A stretch of DNA of 64,000 bases. Source: Podarcis erhardii. Lineage: Eukaryota. Below the pieces are notes generated by a model. It did no database searches and was not told the DNA's origin. It worked only from the letters and a program-made list of their open reading frames with translations. Position numbers and translations under genes: made by a program. The stretch lies in assembly GCA_964252035.1 (NCBI GenBank), contig OZ176200.1. One strand, written 5' to 3'. Of the stretch, positions 49,540-61,806 are shown piece by piece. Numbering within the stretch: the stretch's first letter is position 1; each line of letters starts with the position of its first letter.

Positions 49540-51900
49540 CCATTTATTTTACACACGAGTAAATGGCCTCAAAATGACTGTCTTAGTTAAGGATGGTAGC
49601 CTACCAGCATGGTGCCTGGTAGCATTCAATATTATGTTGCAGTCACGTGTTCAGGGATCCCAGAGATTTGCAAAGCTGCAATGTAACATGTGATCACAAC
49701 ACCTTTAAAAACAATCACATTTCAATCTGTCTTGCATTCATCTAAATAGATTTACCATTGGGGTATTTTTGAAGAGAGTTCTGCACTTACAAACACCTTA
49801 TGAGCTCTTCAAAGCCGTTCCTTTACTAAATTTGGAATTTTTTTTCTTTTTAAGTCATAAAAGCCTACCTTATGTAAGCCTAATAATGCTTACAAAAGTT
49901 TCTTGTACAGCTTGGTAAGGATCTCTCTTAGCACTTGCTTCTGCCGCCTCTCTCGCCATCAGTACTGCCTAAGCATTGAACTTCTATCCCTTTCAATATG
50001 ATCTGATTAGAAGCAGACTCTCATAGACAGTGCAGGAAATGAGTAGGCTGGCTTGTTCACTGCAGCTGGTAACACAGGAGAGGCTCTTGCTAAGGAAAGC
50101 CAAACTTACTTCTAATGTTTCATTCAGGTATAGCAACATCACTGTGCCAGTATAGCTTCTCCTTCGCCTCCCTTTGCCGGTCCATTAGATGGGAGTTAGT
50201 CAAGACTGACTGTTCTCTCTCCCCCACCCGCCCTTTCCTCTCTCTGAGAATTACGAGATAATTTTGTTCCTGTGTTCATTCATTTTTTAATTAAGTTGTT
50301 AAGAGACACAGGGTTTTGGGTGGCCATATGAACTCAGGCTACAGCAGAGGCCTGTGCACTTGTCCGTCTCCTTTTTCAGTGTGGATAATTGAGACGTGCT
50401 GAGTGGAATAATCTTTAATTTATTAAGATTTCACAATTCATATGCCATCTAGGACACAGGGGAGACTTAAATTTTCTCCCTGGTGCTGGTGATGAAAGGA
50501 GAAGGTGCTGCCAAAAGAGCTGCACCAGTGTAAGATTTCAAGCGACCAGATACTCTTGCTGTTTGTTTATAGCACCCAGTGAAGTCATCCTGCTCCCATA
50601 AGAACGTTCACTTAAACAGCAGAATTCCTGCAGCCCCCCAGGCTCGCCAAATGTGTTCTGGGGATCGCCCCAGGTTTCCAGAGTGGATTTGCAGAGAAGC
50701 ATGGGAGACATACCTCTTGAATTGTCTGTATATAAATCCATAACTCATGTCTTAATGGAGATGAGACTCAAAAGATGTGAATTCTTGGTTGGTGAAAGTC
50801 CTACACTCAAAGACCTTTGAGCATTGTCTTACAGTCAGGAGCAATGAAGGCAGAGGGAAGCAGATCCTCCGCACCCCTTCTTGCTTCCATGCTTCTTCCT
50901 ATGCTTATTTTAGTTCAGCTATTCATTGAAGGTTGGTTATATCTAAAATCATTCTTAGGCTGGCTTGTGCCCAGCATGTACTGAAGCCTGACAATCTAAT
51001 TGGAAATGAGAAGGTGCAAAATAATAAAGATTGCATCTTTATTAATTTTTCCCCACCACAGTAAATTGCCATGATCCCTTTGGTCCACTATTTCCCAGCA
51101 TTTTTTCCAAACAGCTCAGCATGTGGTACTTGTGCTACACAGTCGCTTTGGGCTATATGAAAAACACACAGTGTGATTTATCAAATTTGCTGATGTTTGT
51201 CACATCATTCTTTTGTATTTCAGTTTTATTAAAGTTTGCCAGGAGCTGTAATAGATGCGAGCAGTGCAGGCCAAACAGTGGGTAATCCTCTAAGGATTCA
51301 ATCCGAGCCTCTGTTTGATTTGTAAAGCTGGCTTTTGAGCATAGGTGCACCACATGTTCTCCAAACCGACAACATATTGCCTGTGGCAAAATTTGAATTG
51401 TACATCTGAAGCAGTACTGAGCCCCTGTGTTTATCACTGCCATGGTGTTTCAACGTCTTATATTTTTTAAGGCTCTGAGGCAGAGATTCAAACCATGAGT
51501 TTGATTTCTCCTTTTAGCCCTTCTTTTATGCTTTTCTGGTCATGGGTTTTATTTTCATTTTAGATAGCTTCAGCGATGAAGGGAGTTTTGTCTGGAACAC
51601 TGTGCATTAAGTTGTCCAGGTTGCCCTAAGTTGCGCTAACAGAGGCAGACACCGTGACATTGGAATTCAGGCACACCAAACGAGTCAAGTTCACACTTAC
51701 TAAGAAAGTGTTTCCACAGAAGACTCTAGCATAAGAACATAAGAAGAACCTGCTGAATCAGACCAATGGTCCATCTATTCCACCATCCTGTTCTCACAGT
51801 AGTCCTCCTGATGCCTGTGGGAAACTTGCAAAGTGGACATAAGCGCAACTCAGCCCACCTGCCACTCCCAGCGACCGGTACTCAGGGGCATACTGCCTAT

Positions 51901-52760
51901 TGATAGGACTTTAAAATTATTGATTGGTCTAGAGCTGCATAGGAGTGATAGCATACAAACAGCCAGAGACTCCCCAAACCTGTGGGTGAGTGGAATAGGG
52001 GACACATCACCTGGACCACTAGCTGACAGACGAGTGTAGTGTTTTATTATTTAGCAAGAAAATAAATAAATGATGAACATCCTTCTCATCCAGAAAGAGT
52101 TTAAACACTTACAAGTAGAAGAAGACATTTGTCACCTCTGGAGATGGGAATTCAACCTCACAGCAGGTAGCTGTGGGTTCTCCTCCTTGCTCTTGTCAAC
52201 TTCTCTTCTTCTACTTCTCAGATCATGACATTAAATTCTCTTCTTCTACTTCTCAGATCATGACATTAAATTTCAATCTCTGATTGGTTAGGGACATCTA
52301 AATGGGCATCGCCCCTTTCCTGGAGGGGTGTGTGTTAATAATTAATTCAATTTTTGCAACAAAAAAACAAAACCCCTGACTGTTCCTCGTTTTCTGTCCT
52401 ACTGCCTTGTTGATTCATCTCTGACCTCCGGACATCTCCTGGTTTCCCCCTAAAAATAGGTACTTATTCTGAATAGTGTCCCCTGATGGGCTGACATTTA
52501 TCCTGTTATCCTTAACATCTTTTATCCTTAACATCTGTACCCCAACGTACTAGATGATGATGATTGATTAAATTCATTAGTCACCTTTTTTGCCACAGCA
52601 GTGCAAAGCGACTGAACAATATTTTAAGCAAAAACACCAGCATTAAAACCAGCATTATATTTCCCCCTCTTGAAATCCTTTTCCTATGTATAAGATACTG
52701 TCAGCACATGTTTATATACTGAAACGTGTTTTCGCCAAAATGGTAAATCTAAAACTCCCA
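51901..52760 (-). mobile_element. About 860-bp LTR-like insertion in the CR1
   Basis: Breaks CR1 collinearity; TG...CA ends, - strand AATAAA (about 52041) and CCAAT (about 52282). TSD is not clear. Confidence 0.45.
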
Positions 52761-53378
52761 GCACACTGTCAGTGGAGGTAGAGCAGAGCCATCACAGCTA
52801 GTAGCTGTTGAGAGCCAGGTCCTCCATAAATTTGTATAATCCTCTTAAAGCCAGCCATGTTGGTGGCCCTCATTGCCTGCTGAGGGAGCAAGTTCCATAG
52901 TTGTTGCCTGAAGAAGAAGCTCTTTATCTGTCCTGACTCTTCTGACATTCAGCTTCATTGGATGTGCCTGAGTTCTAGTGTTATTGGGGGGGGGGAGAGA
53001 AAACTTTAATTTATCCACTTTAAGCACACCATAGATACCCCTCTATCTTATCTCCTCTTATTCACCTTTTTTCCTAATCTGAAAATCCTCGAATATTGTA
53101 ACCTTCTCTCCTTGGGGAGTTGTTCAAGCCCCTTGGTCATTCTGGTTGCTCTTTTCTGAACCTTTTCCAACTCTACGATATGCTCTTTGAGGCAAGGCAA
53201 CTGTACACCGTATTCCAAATGCAGAATTATAATATTGTCAGTTTTATTTTCAGTTCCTTTCCTAATTACAGCTATTGCACACTGGGTTGGCATCTTCATC
53301 AAGCTATCTGCTATTACCTTGAAGGTCTCATTCCTCTTCACTTACCACCAGATCAGAACCCCATGTGAAATTAAGATA

Positions 53379-53620
53379 CAGTGGTACCTCGGGTTAAGTA
53401 CTTAATTCGTTCCGGAGGTCTGTTCTTAACCTGAAACTGTTCTTAGCCTGAAGCACCACTTTAGCTAATGGGGCCTCCCGCTGCCGCCGCGCTGCCAGAG
53501 CACGATTTCTGTTCTCATCCTGAAGCAAAGTTCTTAACCCGAGGTACTACTTATGGGTTAGCGGAGTCTGTAACCTGAAACATATGTAACCTGAAGCATA
53601 TGTAACCCGAGGTACCACTG
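53379..53620. mobile_element. Tc1/mariner-type MITE, 242 bp
   Basis: TIR cagtggtacctcgggtta / taacccgaggtaccactg with TA flanks. Confidence 0.92.
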
Positions 53621-54195
53621 TACTTTTTTTTACCCCTACATGCATCACTCTACCCTGTTTACATTGAACTGCACTTGCCATTTTACCACCAATTCATTCA
53701 GTTTTGGAGGGGTCCTTTTGGAGTTACTCAAACTCTCTTTTTGTTTTAATGACACTGAACAATTTTGTATCATCAGCAAACGGGGCCACTTCACAGCACA
53801 CCCCAAAATCTATATCATTTATGAACTAATTAAAAACACAGGTCCCAGTACCAATTTCTTGGGGAACTCCATGCTTGCATTTCTCTCCATTTGCATTCAC
53901 TTATTCCTCTCTGCTTACTGCTGCTTAACCCATTTCTGATCCACAAGACAAGCTTTCCTCTTATTCCATGACTGCTAAGCTTACTCAGTCTTTAGTGAGG
54001 TACTTTGCTGAAAGCTGTTTGAAAGTCGAAGTATGTCATTTGGCTCAACTCAAGCTATATGCTTGTTGACACTCTCAAATACCTAATAGATTTGTGAAAC
54101 AAGATTTGGCCTTGCAGAAGTCATGCTGACTCTACTTCAGCAAGTCTTGTTCTTCTAATGCTTGGTTATTTTTTATCTTTAACAATACCATCCTA

Positions 54196-54555
54196 AGGTA
54201 AAGGTAAAGGGACCCCATTAGGTCCAGTCGTGACCGACTCTGGGGTTGCGCACTCATCTCGCTCTATAGGCCGAGGGAGCTGGTGTTTGTCCGCAGACAG
54301 CTTCCGGGTCATGTGGCCAGCATGACTAAGCTGCTTCTGGCGAACCAGAGCAGCACACGGAAATGCCGTTTACCTTCCCGCCGGAGCGGTACCTATTTAT
54401 CTACTTGCACTTTGATGTGCTTTCGAACTGCTAGGTTGGCAGGAGCTGGGACCGAGCAATGGGAGCTCACCCCGTCGCGGGGATTCAAACCGCCGACCCT
54501 CTGATCGGCAAGTCCTAGGCTCTGTGGTTTAACCCACAGCGCCACCCACGTCCCT
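54196..54555 (-). mobile_element. Sauria SINE (Squam1 type)
   Basis: Perfect 12-bp TSD aataccatccta (54184-54195, 54556-54567). Confidence 0.92.
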
Positions 54556-56133
54556 AATACCATCCTACGTCAATACTAAACCTTGATCACCAGAGGGTCA
54601 CCATTATCCTCATTGTAACAGGCATTTCTGATGGAGAAGTTTACACTGATGAGTGAGTCTGATCTTATCATAGCATATGTAATTCTAAAAGGATTGTGTT
54701 CTTACCTTGCTTTCGTTACAGAAATAATGCAAAATAAATGCAACTGCTGTTAATGAAAATATAAGCTTTGGAGACAAATTACATGAAATCCTAAATAAAG
54801 ATTTAAGTATTGAAATTGAAGAGGCAGGCCTTTCAAATTTTCCACTCTAGTTAATATGATTTCTTCAGGTAAATTAGCTTGAAGCGTTAAGAACATCCCT
54901 GTTTTACTACAAATCATTATTTCAATTTGATGCAAAATGTCATGGAGATTTCTAGTTTCAAGATCACATATTAATATGACTCAGTGGAAATGTACACAGT
55001 AAGCTTTGTGCTTTCTGGTGTTTTCAAATTCAATTATAATCAAACAGCCCTAAAAAGAGACTTCTTTCCTAGTGTAGATTTTTATTACCAAATGGGAAAG
55101 ATTCTTATGATTCAAAGAATACAAACGTGAAATTTTACTTAAAATAAAATGTTTCCTAGTGTTAGTAGGGCAGTCTTTCCTCTCGGTTTGCATATCTGCT
55201 TGGCAGGAGTAATAGGGGCACAGATAATAATGACTTGCTTCTAGCAGGCAGCTATGCTTACAGGAAGTGAGGGATGAAATGTGAGAAACCTGAGGAACTT
55301 CCTGCAAGGCCTCAGGAACTCTTGAAATGGTTCAGAGCAACCTTCTCCAACCTTGTTCCCTCGCGTGGTGAATCATTTTCATTGTGCAATTATTTGGCTG
55401 AATGCCACCCAGTACCTCACAAAATATTGCCTCTGAAGGTGAAGATTTTGTTTAACTGTACTTCATACCATCCTTTATACTAATAATTAATCCTTCCCGG
55501 GTGGCTCCTTCTGTAGCCAAAAGCACAAGCCATACACAAGAGCAAGGTACAGAAATGCAGAAAAACTTGAGAAAACAAATTAGGAAGGTAAACACAGAGA
55601 AAGCCCAGCGAGGACATAGCATGCTCAATGGCCATGGAATGTTGCCTGGCTTTGAGGAAAAAACAATGTACATATCACATCTGTTTAAAAATAATGGCTG
55701 GAATGTATTACGGCAGTAACAACACAAACATTTGAATGTATGACAGCATCAGAAAAGTGACGTACAGAAGTAGTTCGCTGCTGACTGCTAAATTCTGATA
55801 TGGATCTACACAGAGGGAAAAAACCCCCCGCTATAAATAAGTCAGAAATTAATTCGTTATAACAAAAGAAAAAAGTTATGTAAAAATTGCATAGAAATTT
55901 TATTTTGCTCTCTTGCGCTTTCTGGTGTAGCATGTTTATAATACATCCAAAGCTTTTTTCTTTTTCTTTTTTCACTAATGTAGCTGAGTCCCCAGAGTGA
56001 AAAGTGGGCACAAACATTGTCCTTGCTTTAGATCCATATTATATCATGGCAAACATAAATTTATTTGGGATATTTTAACTGATGCAGAGAGACATTTTCA
56101 ATACTGTTCCAAATGTATTTTATTGTCTTACAG

Positions 56134-56254
56134 GACAAAGTGGATCTTGGCGAGTTGATGTTTTCACTTTGCTATCTTCCAACTGCTGGTAGACTAACTA
56201 TTACTATAATAAAAGCTAGAAATTTGAAGGCCATGGACATAACAGGAGCATCAG
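56134..56254 (+). CDS. SYT9: Synaptotagmin-9 exon 4: start of C2B
   Basis: Acceptor gtcttacag|GAC and donor TCAG|gtagga. Encodes [40 protein letters not shown]. 121 nt, phase 0 to 1. Too short for the ORF track. Confidence 0.96.
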
Positions 56255-57155
56255 GTAGGAATGTTTTTTCATTCCAATTTTAATGTACTATTTAGAAAGT
56301 AATCATACAAGTTTAGCATATGACCGTCCTAGCATACTCTTTCCTTTGAGTACTATAAATGCAGTAGTTTGTTAGAGGGGGGAAGTACACTTGGTCCTGA
56401 ACCATTTCATCAGTATTTTTCTGTACTGAGGTAGTGAAATATCCCAGAGGCACATTCCTTACAAAAATGTGCAAGGATCCTCTTTTAAAACATTGTCAGC
56501 AGTACTTTTTTACACAATTAATCAAAAGTATAGCCAGGCATCAGGGATAAAATAACTCTGCAGAGTAGAAATACATCCCAAAACGACCTGAAATTGCAGG
56601 TAAGACACACAATCCACCCATTACCAAACTACATGGCTGTTTTAATTGGGGTAGAAAAACCACCCCAGTTTATTTCCAATGCTTCTTGCAAGCATATGAG
56701 TTGGAGGGGCCACACACTGTCATCATATGTACTGAAGAAGGGCAAAACTGTGATTCTGCCATCCACTTTGCACCATGATACGGTGGTCAACAGAGTACAG
56801 AAAAACTAGACATCATCATGCAGTACAGTGCCACTACAGGTTTTGACTATCTCATTGTGGGTGTGGCATATTTTATTGCATATTTCTAGTCCTTTAACAA
56901 ATTCTGTATTTCAAATCAACCCTAGTTTTTAAATGGAGATCCTATTGGGGTATAAATCTTCTCCCACAAATGAATAGTGTCATCTAAGACACAACGGAGA
57001 GCGAGGTTATTAACTGTAGAACATTACTTTTATTTAAAATACAGATGACAAGATTATAAGGAAAAGGTATCAGAGAAACAAATTTGCTGCGTTATTGCTT
57101 TAAACTTGTGATTATTTTGAAATAAACCAGTATGCTTGTTATGTCCTTCACACAG

Positions 57156-57327
57156 ATCCCTACGTGAAGGTTTCACTAATGTGTGAAGGGAGACGATTGA
57201 AGAAGAGGAAGACTTCCACTAAGCGGAACACCCTTAATCCTGTTTATAATGAAGCCATAGTCTTTGATGTCCCTCCAGAAAACATTGACCAAATTAACTT
57301 GTTTATAGCCGTTATGGATTATGACCG
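57156..57327 (+). CDS. SYT9: Synaptotagmin-9 exon 5: C2B with polybasic patch
   Basis: Acceptor ccttcacacag|AT and donor CG|gtgaga. Encodes (D)[56 protein letters not shown](R). 172 nt. Confidence 0.96.
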
Positions 57328-57537
57328 GTGAGATATCTGGACATCTCTTCAGACTAGTGACCTGATTGAATCGAATGACAGTAGTTGGTTTTGTCTTCTC
57401 ACTGAGACCTCTTTAAACTGCCAGAGAGGAGAAAGAAGATCTCCCTTTGACAAAAGAGCTGGGGATGAATGAATGGCAGCAGGGAAATGGATTTGGGTGG
57501 AAATGGATTAGAATGAGTGATGGACAGAGAGTGTAGG

Positions 57538-57881
57538 CAGTGCTGGATTTACATATAAGCTAAACAAGCTATAGCTTAGGGCCCCACTTTCTTGAGGGCC
57601 CCCCCAAAAAATTAAAGGGGAAAAAAACCTGGATGTACATTTACAAAATATAATATACTTCTTCTTAATTGTATTTCAGTTCAACAATTACTTTGATAAA
57701 ATACATATTTTGTTATGTGCAAATGGCTTTAGATACCTATTAGGGCCATAAATTACCATATAGCATATATTCAACACAAAAAACTGTGACAATTTGTTTG
57801 TTGACAAAGGACAGCTGGACATATAAAGGGCACCATTACCTTCAGTAGCTTAGGGCCTCATCAAACCTAAATCCGGCCATG
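57538..57881. mobile_element. hAT-type MITE
   Basis: Perfect 8-bp TSD agtgtagg (57530-57537, 57882-57889) and imperfect TIR cagtgctggattta / taaatccggccatg. Confidence 0.85.
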
Positions 57882-58787
57882 AGTGTAGGTTGGGAAAAGA
57901 CAGTGTGGCTGTGAGAGTTAGAGAGAACAAAGAAGATATGGGATGAGGGAGATGTTAAATTATATATTTAAAAGAATTAGGATAGTTTAAGATAGCCATG
58001 CTAAGTCGGGAAACTGGAACTATTCAGATTCTGTATATAAAGACTGCTTGTTCTGCATGTTATGTTCCTTAATTCACATCTGGGTGGATTCTCAGATAAA
58101 TATGTTTCACCCCATGCATTTGGTGTATGTGTAACTTGAGGTAACATAAGCCAGTAGGTGATAGCAGCAGGTATTTTGAGAGAGATCTGGACTCAGTAGA
58201 GCAGCTGTGGAACTGACTTTAGTGACCATTTGGAGGCAGACCCTGGTGAGGGACTGCCGGGAGTGTCACACTCCCCAACTCCTCCTTTAATGGAGTGCTT
58301 AAAAATATTGGAGATTCGGACCAGTTAAGAGAGGTGATAGCCTAAGAACTTGTACACATCATAGGCTGTACTCTGGATCTGCTCATTGGTGAGATTTCCA
58401 AGGCTTTATGACCTGGAAAATCAGTTAACATTGGGCAAGTCTTCTTTCTCCTCCTTTGCCTCAGTTTGTGTGTGCTTTTTGCCTCATGTGATGGGGAACC
58501 TTCCTGGTAGGCTGGAGGTATGATATCTTAAATGGTGCCTCCAGGCTAGGGATACACCAGAACCCAGTATAGATCTAGGTGCAGTAGCAAGGGAGAGGTG
58601 TACACTAGCACACACATAACATTCCTTTCTGGCTTCACCCAACAGAAGCTGCTTTGGTGGGTCCACACTGCCAACATGTTCCTTAGAATTAGTGAAAATG
58701 TTGAGAGTATGAACAGTAAATGGGACTTTAAAAATGTCATTATGCCTTTACATGGGGCTTGCAGTTGTCTCCGCCTGCTCTAATTTA

Positions 58788-59017
58788 TAACAAAACAAAT
58801 TCCTTCCAGTAGCACCTTAAAGACCAATTAAGTCAGTTCTTGGTATGAGCTTTCGTGTGCATGCACACTTCTTCAGATAACAGATAACTTCTTCAGATAA
58901 GTGTGCATGCACACGAAAGCTCATACCAAGAACTGACTTAGTTGGTCTTTAAGGTGCTACTGGAAGGAATTTGTTTTGTTTTGACTATGGCAGACCAACA
59001 CGGCTACCTATCTGTAA
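58788..59017. mobile_element. 230-bp inverted mini Penelope element (pLTR only)
   Basis: Arms 58789-58869 and 58900-58980 (80/81 complementary), same family as 16198. Perfect 13-bp TSD ctgctctaattta (58775-58787, 59018-59030). Confidence 0.9.
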
Positions 59018-59433
59018 CTGCTCTAATTTAGATACAAGAAGTAAACTTCCATTCCCTGAAGACCAAAATACACATGCCGCTAAATAGGTATATGCCTCTC
59101 ACGTGAAGGTTTTTTAAAAAAACAACAACAACTATAAATTGCATCAGCTAAGGGAGGTTGATAATTAATGGGATCAGAACAAACAGGGGTGTGGGTGTGT
59201 TTATTTAACTCTTTCCTCCCCTGCTATGGAGTGAGGAATTTTCTGTGCAAATTTCCTCTTCATGCTTGCTCAGATCCCATTAGCATTAAGTGCAAAAGGA
59301 TACATTTAAAGTCATGTCAACTTTAGTCCTTAGATGTGTTTCCAAATGCTCACCCTTGCTCAGAGAGGGTTTGAATTACACGGTTCCTGGATGTGAAATT
59401 TTAAGAAATAAATATTATTGAACCTTTTCACAG

Positions 59434-59563
59434 TGTAGGTCACAATGAGGTCATTGGAGTCTGTCAAGTAGGCAACGATGCGGAAAGCCTTGGGCGAGAC
59501 CACTGGAACGAAATGCTCTCCTACCCTCGGAAGCCCATCGCTCACTGGCATTTGCTTGCAGAG
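59434..59563 (+). CDS. SYT9: Synaptotagmin-9 exon 6: end of C2B with WHxL motif
   Basis: Acceptor cttttcacag|T and donor GAG|gtaaga. Encodes [43 protein letters not shown]. 130 nt ending in phase 0; no stop, so a further exon is required. Confidence 0.95.
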
Positions 59564-61667
59564 GTAAGACTCCTTCGCCTGACACACTGCCTTTTCTATT
59601 ATGCTAGAAGCTCTTAAAATGACCCTAGAGCTGGAGAAAACACCTTTCCCCCCCTCTTCAAACAAGAATCCATTTGCTTAGACTAAATCCTTTTAAGACA
59701 CATCGGAATCCGGAAGCTTAAAGCAAGACTGATGTAAAGATCAAGCGAAATCTGATCCCAAGAGATTTTATTTTTAGTGCAATGTGAAAATACTTCCAAC
59801 TTAAAGGTAAATCCATATATCATGCATATGTGGATTTTTATAATATCTAAAACCTTGGGTACATACACCAGTACATCCTTGTGTACTGGATTACGTCTGT
59901 CTTTTACAGATGGTGGTGTCCACTGGATTACACATATGAAGAAACTACTAACAGGGCTTATGGTTATGTTTATATACAAGACAGAAATAATGATTTATTA
60001 TCTGGTAATAATGTAAGTCCACACCAGTGTCCAGAGGGCTCTCAAATTATGTTGGAATTAAAAATGTCCTCAGAGTTCAGGACATGCAGTCGAAAGCTCT
60101 CCTCAAGTTACAATTAGATTCCTCTGTTTCTTTTGTCTTCATTTAGGGCCCTATTCCACAGAAATGTTATGCGGGCCTTCTGCGCATGGATGGCTGCCGA
60201 AGAGGCTTCCTCACTCTTTTAACCTATTCAGCAGAAATTTGGCATTCCTGTTGAACCCTTTCTTAGCCATTTTCTCAGGGGCCATTCCGCAGAGTGTCCA
60301 AAGGGGTAAAGACATCCCTTCAATTCCATTATTTAACCCTCACCTGCTTTCCCAACCCCAGAATACATTAATCCCAAACCACAAGATGCAAAACTTCTGT
60401 TTGTTAGATGGAAATGTACTTTTGTTTCTGAAGCTTTCTGTAGTTTTGATTCTAACATAGATACCCATGTCTATCTGTAACACCCATATTGTCATCTATA
60501 CTCCTTAAATGAATTGCATTGTTAGTCGTGTTGTTTCAATCCACATAATGCATTTTTTGAGATGCATGGAAAATAAAACATTTTATTATGATAAGTATTG
60601 TCATAGGTGGAAAAAAATGGAATTCCTTTGTTTTACATACCTAACCCCACTTTATATACCTAACCCCATTAGGTCAGTGGTCAAACTATTAGTAGACAGT
60701 TTTTGTTTTCATAATGTATGGATTACAATACAATAGTGATACGGAAGTTCCAGTAAGTTGTGTGTCATATCCCTTTTAACCATCAGTGGCAACTGCCCCC
60801 ACAAAACCGAGAGAGCAGTACTGTGCCTTTGTGATTGACTGCACCATAGATTTAAAATATAACACAGGGGCTTACTACGCTACCCAAAACCAAAAGAGAA
60901 CGTGTCTCAAGGTTCTGAAGAAATATATAATTGTGTGTTTGTGTGTCTTATTAATTTTAAAATGTAGTTGTACAGTAGGAAAAAATAAGGGGGGAAATCA
61001 TTAAAGTACAAGTGAACAAAGACAGACCTCATATCATTTTTTCTGTAGAACAAGATAGATAGATGAGGTATAAGACCAGGATGCAGAATTCAGAAGAAAA
61101 ACAGGAACCTTCACTGACTCTTTCCAAAAATCAGGATCATGTGGAGCAGAGGGCTGGAACCCTTTGGAGGTGGAATTGCTAAAAGTCAGAAATGGAAACC
61201 ACACATTTGCAAACATGTCCGGTGTCGCTTGGCCTTTGGGCACATTTCAGAACAGCCCAACGTGTTTTGGCCAATGACTGTTTAAAGGTCTTCTTCAAGG
61301 GCTACAAAAACATAATAATACACCACATGAATAAAAAATGGAGTGTATATTGAAGCTAGAGACTTTGGTGCCACGTGGGCTTAAAGAAGTATTGGATTTC
61401 CTTCCACACTTGGAGACATGCCCCTGGGGTTGTTGTTTTTTTTGCACTGTCATGTTTAGAAATGAAAGTCCTTGATATTTTTATCACAAATTAACAACAC
61501 CTGTGTGTGATTCATTAGAAAATACGTCATTTGCTGCCTTCAGACAACAATTCCAGTTGCCAGTTAATGTGAGCAGAGATATGGGCAGGCCATTTGTCAA
61601 TTTAAGTAAGTATACATAGGCTCATACGCAATTTGTATATGTTCTTACAGCCCCTGAAGAAGTCGTG

Positions 61668-61806
61668 ACTTGTTGTGCGAAACCTATGGCCCTCCAGGTG
61701 TTACTGAACCAGAACTCCCATCAGCCCCGGCAAGCACGGGCAATGGCTAGGCATGATGGGGGTTGTAGTTCAACAGCATCTGGAAGGCCAAAGGTTCTCC
61801 ATACCT
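61668..61806. mobile_element. Old palindromic MITE related to the 22366/30830 family
   Basis: ggccctccaggtgttactgaac...ctcccatc / gatgggggttgtagttcaacagcatctggaaggcc inverted architecture. Confidence 0.6.

Larger units (their letters stand above)
51730..54600 (-). mobile_element. Old CR1 LINE, interrupted three times
   Basis: 3' end cataagaacataagaag...gaccaatggtccatct at 51730. The body resumes at about 52761 (cagtggaggtagagc...; reverse frame LEYGVQ...LEKVQKRATRM). Interrupted by an LTR-like block, a MITE and a SINE. Confidence 0.82.

Noticed and set aside
58789-58980. CRISPR-like array or pre-miRNA from the recurring ttccttccagtagcaccttaaagaccaa repeat
   Set aside because: Dispersed Penelope pLTR copies in a vertebrate genome, with no repeat-spacer periodicity.
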